64,000 nucleotides of DNA, taken from assembly GCA_030600775.1 (NCBI GenBank), contig JAUVLI010000001.1, positions 9,230 to 73,229 on the forward strand, given 5' to 3'. The position numbers and the translations under genes are program-made. Positions within the stretch are counted from its first letter, which is position 1; the number at the start of each line of letters is the position of its first letter. This document shows, in pieces, positions 30,483 to 37,326 of the stretch. Below the pieces are notes generated by a model. That model was not told where the DNA came from. It worked only from the letters and a program-made list of their open reading frames with translations, and made no database searches. Source of the DNA: Fidelibacterota bacterium (GTDB taxonomy: Bacteria > Fidelibacterota > Fidelibacteria > Fidelibacterales > Fidelibacteraceae).

Positions 30483-30605
30483 TTAATCTTTTATCATTAA
30501 ATAGATAAAGAAAATAATTAGAAAAAAAACAAACCCGGATGCAATAATGATCAATAATTGTCTGTTATCGTTTATTAATTTTACCAAATCCAATTCTTTG
30601 TTCAT
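30483..30605 (-). CDS. possible 40-aa single-TM small protein
   Basis: My translation: MNKELDLVKLINDNRQLLIIIASGFVFFLIIFFIYLMIKD. Not in the ORF track because it is too short. Support comes from its position and hydrophobic helix only. Confidence 0.2.
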   Translation of the reverse strand: MNKELDLVKLINDNRQLLIIIASGFVFFLIIFFIYLMIKD

Positions 30606-30626
30606 TTTTTTACCTCATTTATTAAG

Positions 30627-31226
30627 TTAGAAAAATTTGCCATATTGGAAATATACTGCTTTTCCATTCCAATTTTTACTATCCTGAACAGCTTCATAAA
30701 AGTAATTACTCTCATATCCTGCTGCAACAGAGATTTCATATTTTGGCGAACCCATAAAATCAATTCCAACAAAAAAGTTATATGTCATTCCATAATAAAA
30801 ATCAACCTTTTCGTATTTTTTGAAAAAACTCGTATTCTCAGGAGTATCTAATGCAATAACACCACCAAGTTGTGTTGATAAAAATGGCGAAAAACTATTT
30901 GCAAGTTTATCTTTGAATAAATGATATTTTAAAGCAACTCCAGATTTGACAAAATCCAAGCTAATTTCATTTACCGTTATTGGTTGTCCCCAATAGTTAT
31001 AAGCCGTATACTCATCTCCACCTGTTACCATAGTTATATTTGCCCAAATTCCATAATGAAATTTTCCTACTGGAGCAAATTGCCTATACCAACCAATAGA
31101 TGTCCCAAAATCGGTTATGTGTAAATCAATTGCTGAAAATTTTTGCACATTTGCCATTGTCTCAATTTTCACTTGTGCATTTGTAATAGCACTGAGTAAA
31201 ATGAGTATTAATATTGTTTTTTTCAT
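30627..31226 (-). CDS. small outer-membrane beta-barrel protein
   Basis: Signal peptide MKKTILILILLSAITNAQ (I prefer this internal ATG at 31226 to the track start at 31259). Aromatic-rich, ends ...VYFQYGKFF. Confidence 0.45.
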   Translation of the reverse strand: MKKTILILILLSAITNAQVKIETMANVQKFSAIDLHITDFGTSIGWYRQFAPVGKFHYGIWANITMVTGGDEYTAYNYWGQPITVNEISLDFVKSGVALKYHLFKDKLANSFSPFLSTQLGGVIALDTPENTSFFKKYEKVDFYYGMTYNFFVGIDFMGSPKYEISVAAGYESNYFYEAVQDSKNWNGKAVYFQYGKFF

Positions 31227-31265
31227 GGTTTGCCTTTTTCTATTTTTCTTGAAAAACAAAAATAA

Positions 31266-31757
31266 TTATCTAATTAATGTTTGGAAATCAGGAATATATT
31301 CCCAAATATTTTTTAATTTTTCTTTATTACACCTATGATATTTGTTTTTACTATTTTTACTCCAAACACCCGACCATCTTATGGAATTACTAAATGTCTC
31401 TAAATCAATTGCTTTTACTTTGAATTTTTGGAGAAGCAAATCTTTTTTTTCAATAAATTCTATCTTCTTTTTCACCCAAACATATACAATTAGTGCAATA
31501 GCATTATCTCCATATATTCCTTTTAATGTACTTAATGCTTTAATATCTAAATCTGATATTTTTGTATCACCTGTTAAATTGGCAGAACCTTTAATATCTA
31601 TTAAATATATTTTTTTTTCAGAATAACAAATGAAATCTATATTTTTTATTGATTTTTTTTCAATTGTTTGTTTTAAATCTTGCATAAGCGGAAAAGTTGG
31701 AACTTGCGCCTTTAAACAAAGTGAATAAAAAATAGGTTCATAATGTGATGATGGCAT
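31266..31757 (-). CDS. PD-(D/E)xK-like protein resembling the HYExAFE family
   Basis: 163 aa. N-terminal SHYEPIFYSLCLKAQVP resembles the HYExAFE signature as I remember it. It is followed by NIDFICYSEKKIYLIDIKG, which is a D...D-x-K nuclease-type motif. Confidence 0.4.
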   Translation of the reverse strand: MPSSHYEPIFYSLCLKAQVPTFPLMQDLKQTIEKKSIKNIDFICYSEKKIYLIDIKGSANLTGDTKISDLDIKALSTLKGIYGDNAIALIVYVWVKKKIEFIEKKDLLLQKFKVKAIDLETFSNSIRWSGVWSKNSKNKYHRCNKEKLKNIWEYIPDFQTLIR

Positions 31758-31760
31758 ATT

Positions 31761-32027
31761 TTACTCTTTCGAAATATTAAGATTAAAAGAAAAATTAATT
31801 TTACTATTTTTATTGCTCGCTTCCCAAGAATCATAATAATTGTCATATTGTTCATCAAGATAATTTTTCAATTCTTCAACAACTAAATTAATCAAATTAT
31901 TTCCCCCATTGTTATTATCTACTTGTAAAATATCATTAAATAATTCATCATTTGTAAATGTAGTATCAACTTGATATATATCTTCATTAATACTGGATGT
32001 TTTCCTTTCTATTTTAATTATTTCCAT
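31761..32027 (-). CDS. small, strongly acidic, Asn-rich hypothetical protein
   Basis: I prefer the ATG at 32027 (MEIIKIERKTSSINEDIYQVDTTFTNDELFNDILQVD...EELKNYLDEQYDNYYDSWEAS...), preceded by aggaaaag. The track start at 32096 overlaps the upstream small ORF. Lies 3 nt upstream of the nuclease-like gene. Confidence 0.35.
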   Translation of the reverse strand: MEIIKIERKTSSINEDIYQVDTTFTNDELFNDILQVDNNNGGNNLINLVVEELKNYLDEQYDNYYDSWEASNKNSKINFSFNLNISKE

Positions 32028-32055
32028 ATTTACTTTTCCTGTTTTTAATGTTTTA

Positions 32056-32217
32056 TTATGTAAAGTTTCTTTGCATACAATCGAACACATCACCAATCAT
32101 AATATTTGGTACAATGCTATCAGGAATATTAATAAAATCGGAAGTAAATAAATGGTCTTGATTATCCCTTTTTAGAAGAACATTGAAATTATTTTTATTT
32201 GGTTGTAAACTGTTCAT
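32056..32217 (-). CDS. possible 53-aa hypothetical protein
   Basis: My translation: MNSLQPNKNNFNVLLKRDNQDHLFTSDFINIPDSIVPNIMIGDVFDCMQRNFT. Starts 14 nt after the coaX stop. No recognisable family. Confidence 0.2.
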   Translation of the reverse strand: MNSLQPNKNNFNVLLKRDNQDHLFTSDFINIPDSIVPNIMIGDVFDCMQRNFT

Positions 32218-32231
32218 AAATGACTCTTATA

Positions 32232-33005
32232 TTAATCTTCCTTAACTTTTTCATAGATCATTCGCATTCCATCTAAGATCAAATTGTTATCAATATATTC
32301 AATTGTTTCGGATTTATTCTCTAAATATTTTGCAAGTCCACCTGTGGCAATTACACTAACATCTGTCCATTTTTTTTCTTTTATTATCTTTTTTACCAAT
32401 CCGTCAATTTGGGTAACTGTTCCATAAGTAATACCTGATTGTAAATTATCAACTGTATTTGAACCAACAATATTCTTAGGGAATTTAAAACTTATTTTTG
32501 GAAGTAAAGCGGTTTTTTTTATAAGATTGCGAAATGAAACCTCTACTCCCGGCGAAATAATTCCTCCGAGATATTCTCCATTTTCCGAAACAACATCATA
32601 AGTAGTCGCTGTTCCCAGATCAATAATTATTTGCGGCAATTTGTATTTCTTTAAAGCAGCATAAGCATTACATATTCTATCTGCACCAACTTCAGCAGGA
32701 TTATCAACTGCAAGTTTTAATTCCAATGGCAAAGTGTAATCAACTATTATCGGCTCAATATTCAAATGTGTAATCGTCATTGATTTAAATTGTGATGATA
32801 AATTCGGAACTACAGAGCTAATTATTACTCCGTCAATATCTTTCATAGCAACATTTGCATCTTCTGATAATAATTTAAGTGTTAACCAAAATTCATCTTC
32901 TGTTCTCGTATGAGAAGTTGCAATACGCCAATTTTTAATAATTTTTTTGCCGTCAATAATTGCGACGACGATATTTGTATTTCCAATATCTATTGCTAAA
33001 AGCAT
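32232..33005 (-). CDS. coaX: type III pantothenate kinase
   Basis: 257 aa. N-terminus MLLAIDIGNTNIVVAI and ...DLGTATTYD..., typical of CoaX. Confidence 0.9.
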   Translation of the reverse strand: MLLAIDIGNTNIVVAIIDGKKIIKNWRIATSHTRTEDEFWLTLKLLSEDANVAMKDIDGVIISSVVPNLSSQFKSMTITHLNIEPIIVDYTLPLELKLAVDNPAEVGADRICNAYAALKKYKLPQIIIDLGTATTYDVVSENGEYLGGIISPGVEVSFRNLIKKTALLPKISFKFPKNIVGSNTVDNLQSGITYGTVTQIDGLVKKIIKEKKWTDVSVIATGGLAKYLENKSETIEYIDNNLILDGMRMIYEKVKED

Positions 33006-33194
33006 AATTTTAACCCAACCTTTTCATTTTATAAATCTAATTCCTCTCACTTTTACTTTAATTTATATAATAATTTGGTATATTCAAAGAAAGGAATTGA
33101 AATTTTCAGTTTCCCACAAGGACATGTTCCGAGAACGAGGAACGGAGAATGGAAACCAAATCTACTTCGGAAAAAAACGTTAACCGGTTCATTA

Positions 33195-33218
33195 GTTAAT
33201 TCGTTAATTCGTTAATTT
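33195..33218. repeat. tandem 8-mer x3 (gttaattc gttaattc gttaattt)
   Basis: Read directly from the sequence. Confidence 0.8.
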
Positions 33219-33280
33219 GTTTACCAGTTAACCAGCTCGGATTTTGTCTCTATAAAACTTCGGAAGTTTTAAAATCCCCA

Positions 33281-33297
33281 ACACACTTTTTTCAACG
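33281..33297. repeat. direct repeat copy 1 (acacacttttttcaacg)
   Basis: Exact 17-mer shared with 33637-33653. Weaker similarity continues toward lower coordinates. Confidence 0.85.
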
Positions 33298-33402
33298 ACA
33301 TCCATTATTTTAGTATAAATCATTAAACTACTTTGTAGTTTAATGAAGTGTGGTAAAAGCGGACTCTTTTTCTATGGACTGCGTCCATAGTTATTAATAT
33401 TT

Positions 33403-33421
33403 AATCCCTTCGGGATTTTTT
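33403..33421 (+). terminator. terminator-like hairpin aatccc-ttc-gggatt + T-run, with no upstream plus-strand gene
   Basis: Read directly from the sequence. Orientation implies an unannotated plus-strand transcript or a bidirectional function. Confidence 0.35.
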
Positions 33422-33578
33422 GATAATGTTCAAAATTTACAACTTTTTTTTATTTCATTTTTGTTCTCTTTCAGACAAGGTATTGCATTGTTTCTATCTC
33501 TAAAATTGGTACCGTGAAATCTGCGAAGCAGATTAATTTTAATAACTGCCGATGAAATCGGTAGAGTTGAACATCTCG

Positions 33579-33603
33579 AAAAAAAACAACCCTGAAGGGG
33601 TTG
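33579..33603 (-). terminator. intrinsic terminator (caacccc-ttca-ggggttg + T8 on the minus strand)
   Basis: The plus strand shows A8 followed by caaccctgaaggggttg. Lies downstream of rfbC and about 10 nt downstream of the candidate promoter. Confidence 0.65.
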
Positions 33604-33622
33604 AATATTTGTCTAAAAAACT

Positions 33623-33651
33623 ATACTAAACTTCCGACACACTTTTTTCAA
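33623..33651 (-). promoter_or_regulatory. candidate sigma70-type promoter (TTGAAA-N17-TAGTAT) inside repeat copy 2
   Basis: The minus strand reads cgTTGAAAaaagtgtgtcggaagttTAGTATag. Called by hexamer match only. Confidence 0.3.
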
Positions 33652-33653
33652 CG
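33637..33653. repeat. direct repeat copy 2 (acacacttttttcaacg)
   Basis: Exact 17-mer shared with 33281-33297. Confidence 0.85.
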
Positions 33654-33781
33654 GTGCCTAAATTTTTTAAATCCGTTGAAACGGATATAAATATTATTTG
33701 TATGTATTGTTCTCACCCCCGACAAATCGGGGTGCTACTCTAATTTAGATTTTGGAATTGAATTTTTCCGTAAATATATGA

Positions 33782-34348
33782 TTAAAAGAGATCACTTGCG
33801 GGTGTTTTGAGCCATTCTTCTAATGTATGAGCAGAAATATCTTTTTCCGATAGAAGAATATCATTCGTATCTATTCCCCAATTAATTCCTATCAACGGAT
33901 CATCATATCTAATTCCGCTATCATTTTCTTTTGAATAATAATTATCAACTTTATAAGACAATATTACTTCCGGAGATGTTACTAAAAAACCATGAGCAAA
34001 TCCTCTTGGAATAAACAATTGTCTTTTATTTTCAGCACTTAATTCCACTTTAATATATTTCTTAAAACTTTTAGAATTCTTCCGAAGATCAACTGCAATA
34101 TCAATTACACTTCCTTGTATTACTCTAACTAATTTTGCTTGAGCAAATGGCGATTTTTGGAAATGCAATCCTCTCAATACACCATAATGAGATTTAGATT
34201 CGTTTTCTTGAATAAAATTAATTTTTTTATTAATAAATTTTTCAAATAGATCTTGTCTAAATGATTCAAAAAAATATCCACGATTATCTTGAAATATTTT
34301 TGGTTCAATAATTACAACATCAGCTATTTCAGTTCTAATAAAATTCAT
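33782..34348 (-). CDS. rfbC: dTDP-4-dehydrorhamnose 3,5-epimerase
   Basis: 188 aa. Contains ...FQDNRGYFFESF..., GVLRGLHFQ and FIPRGFAHGF. Confidence 0.9.
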   Translation of the reverse strand: MNFIRTEIADVVIIEPKIFQDNRGYFFESFRQDLFEKFINKKINFIQENESKSHYGVLRGLHFQKSPFAQAKLVRVIQGSVIDIAVDLRKNSKSFKKYIKVELSAENKRQLFIPRGFAHGFLVTSPEVILSYKVDNYYSKENDSGIRYDDPLIGINWGIDTNDILLSEKDISAHTLEEWLKTPASDLF

Positions 34349-34350
34349 AA

Positions 34351-35229
34351 TTATCTTCCATTTATTAAGTTTAACAGATATTGACCATATTCATTTTTAT
34401 TCATAGAATTCGCTATTTTCTGCAATTGATTTTCATTAATATAACCCAATTTATATGCAATTTCTTCTATACACGCAATTTTCAATCCTTGTCTGCTCTC
34501 TATCGCATGAATAAAATTTGAAGCAGCAAGTAAGCTCTCGAAAGTTCCTGTATCTAACCAAGCATAACCTCTTCTCATAAGTTCTACTTTTAATCGATTC
34601 TGTTCAAGATACATTTGATTAACAGAAGTTATTTCCAACTCACCACGAGCGGAAGGGTTTACTTTTTTTGCAATTTGAATTATATCATTAGGATAATAAT
34701 AAAGTCCAATAACGGCGTGATTTGACTTTGGAATTTTAGGTTTTTCTTCTATTGAAATCACATCCATATTTTTATCAAATTCGACTACACCATATCTTTC
34801 AGGATCGGTTACTTCATATCCAAAGATAACGGCTTTATTTTCATCTTTTACAGTTTCTACACTATTTTTTAATAAGCTAACAAGATCATGTCCATAAAAA
34901 ACATTATCACCCAAAACGAGACACACATCATCATCACCGATAAATTCCTCACCAAGTATAAATGCTTGTGCTAAACCTTCGGGTGCAGGTTGTATTTTAT
35001 ATTCAAATGAAATACCTAATTTAGAACCATCTCCGAGAAGTTCCCTGTAGAGATCAATAAATTCCGGATTAGAGATTATCAATATTTCCTTAATTCCGGA
35101 TAATAGTAAAACTGAAATCGGATAATAGATCATCGGCTTGTTATATAAAGGAATAACTTGTTTGCTAATTCCTTTTGTAATTGGATAAAGTCGAGTTCCA
35201 GATCCGCCTGCTAAAACAATTCCTTTCAT
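34351..35229 (-). CDS. rfbA: glucose-1-phosphate thymidylyltransferase
   Basis: 292 aa. N-terminus MKGIVLAGGSGTRLYPIT, typical of RmlA. Confidence 0.95.
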   Translation of the reverse strand: MKGIVLAGGSGTRLYPITKGISKQVIPLYNKPMIYYPISVLLLSGIKEILIISNPEFIDLYRELLGDGSKLGISFEYKIQPAPEGLAQAFILGEEFIGDDDVCLVLGDNVFYGHDLVSLLKNSVETVKDENKAVIFGYEVTDPERYGVVEFDKNMDVISIEEKPKIPKSNHAVIGLYYYPNDIIQIAKKVNPSARGELEITSVNQMYLEQNRLKVELMRRGYAWLDTGTFESLLAASNFIHAIESRQGLKIACIEEIAYKLGYINENQLQKIANSMNKNEYGQYLLNLINGR

Positions 35230-35267
35230 AATATATTCTCCTCTTATTTAAAAATGATTATTATCTT

Positions 35268-35294
35268 GTTAGTTTTTGTTAGTTTTTGTTAGTT
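35268..35294. repeat. tandem 10-mer x~2.7 (gttagttttt gttagttttt gttagtt) in the rfbB-rfbA spacer
   Basis: Read directly from the sequence. On the mRNA (minus) strand it is aactaacaaaaactaacaaaaactaac. Confidence 0.8.
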
Positions 35295-35321
35295 GCTAAT
35301 TGCGTCTTGTGCGAAACCTCA

Positions 35322-36401
35322 TTACCTATTTTCATAATTTGCTTTGATCCAATCTCTATAACTTTCATTTTTGATATCATCTATCCATTTCTGATTATTT
35401 AAATACCAATCAATCGTCAAATCAAGTCCTTCTGAAAAATTTACCGATTGTTTCCATCCCAATTCATTTTTTAATTTATCACAATTGATCGCATAGCGTC
35501 TATCGTGTCCGGATCTATCCTTAACAAAAGTAATGAGTTCTTTGTAATGTTCTGCATTTTTATTCTTGATCTTTGCAATTTTTTCACAAAGGACATTGAT
35601 CAGATCAATATTCGTCCATTCGTTTTCGCCACCAACATTATATGTTTCACCAATAGTTCCTTTTTGAATAATTTTTAAAATCGCCGAACAGTGATCTTCT
35701 ACGAAAAGCCAATCACGAATATTTTTCCCATCACCATATACAGGTAGTTTTTTCTCATTTACAATATTACCGATCATTACAGGTAATAATTTTTCCGGGA
35801 ACTGATAAGCACCATAATTATTTGTAGAATTAGAAATCGTAATCGGCAAACCATAGGTATGGTAATATGCTTTTACAAGATGATCCGAAGATGCTTTTGA
35901 TGCTGAATATGGACTTCTCGGATCATATGCGGTATCTTCATAAAAATATCCTGTTTCACCTAACGAACCAAAAACTTCATCTGTAGAAATATGATGGAAT
36001 AAAAAATCTTTTCCCGATTTGTTATCATTAAGCCAATATTTTCGTGCAACTTCAAGTAAATTAAAAGTACCGAGAATATTTGTATCAATAAATTCTTTTG
36101 GTCCTAAAATTGATCGATCAACATGCGATTCCGCAGCAAAATGAACAACACAATCAATTGAATGATCTTGAAATATTTTATCTATTCCTTCTTTATCACA
36201 TATATCAATATGTTCAAAAAAATATCTATTACCGAGTTTATCTTCTATATTTTTTAAATTATTAAGATTGCCGGCATAAGTTAATTTGTCAACATTAATA
36301 ATATTTCCCTTGAAAGAAGTTTTTTCAAATAAATAATGAATAAAATTAGAACCTATAAATCCTGCTCCACCGGTTACTAAAATATTTTTAAAATTTCTCA
36401 T
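35322..36401 (-). CDS. rfbB: dTDP-glucose 4,6-dehydratase
   Basis: 359 aa. Contains ILVTGGAGFIGSNF, YSASKASSDHL and the RmlB pattern. Confidence 0.95.
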   Translation of the reverse strand: MRNFKNILVTGGAGFIGSNFIHYLFEKTSFKGNIINVDKLTYAGNLNNLKNIEDKLGNRYFFEHIDICDKEGIDKIFQDHSIDCVVHFAAESHVDRSILGPKEFIDTNILGTFNLLEVARKYWLNDNKSGKDFLFHHISTDEVFGSLGETGYFYEDTAYDPRSPYSASKASSDHLVKAYYHTYGLPITISNSTNNYGAYQFPEKLLPVMIGNIVNEKKLPVYGDGKNIRDWLFVEDHCSAILKIIQKGTIGETYNVGGENEWTNIDLINVLCEKIAKIKNKNAEHYKELITFVKDRSGHDRRYAINCDKLKNELGWKQSVNFSEGLDLTIDWYLNNQKWIDDIKNESYRDWIKANYENR

Positions 36402-36419
36402 ATATCCTTCATCTATAAT

Positions 36420-37322
36420 TTAATAATTTAATTTCTCGATACATTCTTTTAACGAATCTTTCCAAAAAGGTATTGCCATATTGTAATCTCTTTGTATTTT
36501 TTTCGTATCTAAAACACTATATTTTGGTCTTTTTGCAAGCACTTTATATTCTTCTGTAGTGATAGGCAATATTTCGCAATCAATATTTCCTATATCCATT
36601 ATTGCTTTTGCGAATTCATACCATGTAATAATTCCTTCATTTGAATAATGATAAATTTGATGTCTTTTAGTAACATTATCAGAAAACAAAATTGAATTAT
36701 TATTTTTGGCTGCAAACGATTTCTCATAATTTATTATTTTTAAAATACTCTCGGCGAGATCTTTTGCGTAAGTTGGAGAACCATATTGATCGGAAATAAC
36801 TTTTATTAAATTTTTTGCATTTCCCAATTTTATCATTGTTTTTACAAAATTATTTCCAAAAGTAGAATACAACCAACTCGTTCGAATAATTATTGACCTA
36901 TAAGAATATTTATTAACATTTATTTCACTTTCAAGTTTCGTCGCTCCATACACAGACAACGGATTTCCCTTATCATCTTCTGTATATGGAATATTTTTAC
37001 GCCCATCAAAAATAAAATCCGTAGAAAAATGAATTAATGGAATTGATAAGTTTTTCGAAATAACAGATAAATTTTTTGTTCCAAAAGAATTTATTTTTTT
37101 TGCTAATTCAGGTTCTTCCTCAGCACGATCAACAGCCGTATATGATGCACAATTAATAATTAAATTGATTCTATTTTTTATTAGAAAACTTTCAATCATG
37201 TCTTTATTTGTAATATCAAATTTTTCAATATCAGTAAAAATAAATTGATCGTCAGATGATCTTGAACTAATTTTTAATTCGCTGCCTAATTGACCATCAG
37301 CTCCTGTAATTAAAATTTTCAC
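36420..37322 (-). CDS. rfbD: dTDP-4-dehydrorhamnose reductase
   Basis: 300 aa. N-terminus MKILITGADGQLGSEL and ...YGATKLESE... Confidence 0.9.
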   Translation of the reverse strand: MKILITGADGQLGSELKISSRSSDDQFIFTDIEKFDITNKDMIESFLIKNRINLIINCASYTAVDRAEEEPELAKKINSFGTKNLSVISKNLSIPLIHFSTDFIFDGRKNIPYTEDDKGNPLSVYGATKLESEINVNKYSYRSIIIRTSWLYSTFGNNFVKTMIKLGNAKNLIKVISDQYGSPTYAKDLAESILKIINYEKSFAAKNNNSILFSDNVTKRHQIYHYSNEGIITWYEFAKAIMDIGNIDCEILPITTEEYKVLAKRPKYSVLDTKKIQRDYNMAIPFWKDSLKECIEKLNY

Positions 37323-37326
37323 TTAA

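Larger units (their letters stand above)
33006..33781. other. ORF-free, hairpin-dense intergenic island
   Basis: At least 10 distinct perfect or near-perfect stem-loops. See the findings for coordinates. Confidence 0.7.

Noticed and set aside
33228-33323. 31-aa minus-strand ORF inside the island (MIYTKIMDVVEKSVLGILKLPKFYRDKIRAG).
   Set aside because: There is no RBS. It runs across the promoter-like repeat and a hairpin, and the second repeat copy does not preserve the reading frame.
33320-33346. 27-nt perfect palindrome as a dif/Xer site or replication-related site.
   Set aside because: It does not resemble the dif consensus architecture of two 11-nt arms around a 6-nt spacer with the ATAA/TTAT cores. 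It has a 3-nt centre, and the context does not suggest the terminus. It is kept only as one of the island hairpins.
33006-33781. CRISPR array, integron attC array or type III toxin-antitoxin RNA repeat array as an explanation for the hairpin island.
   Set aside because: The hairpins all differ in sequence and are irregularly spaced, so there is no repeat-spacer periodicity. No cas, intI or toxin gene is adjacent. The only true repeats are the 17-mer pair and an 8-mer triplet.
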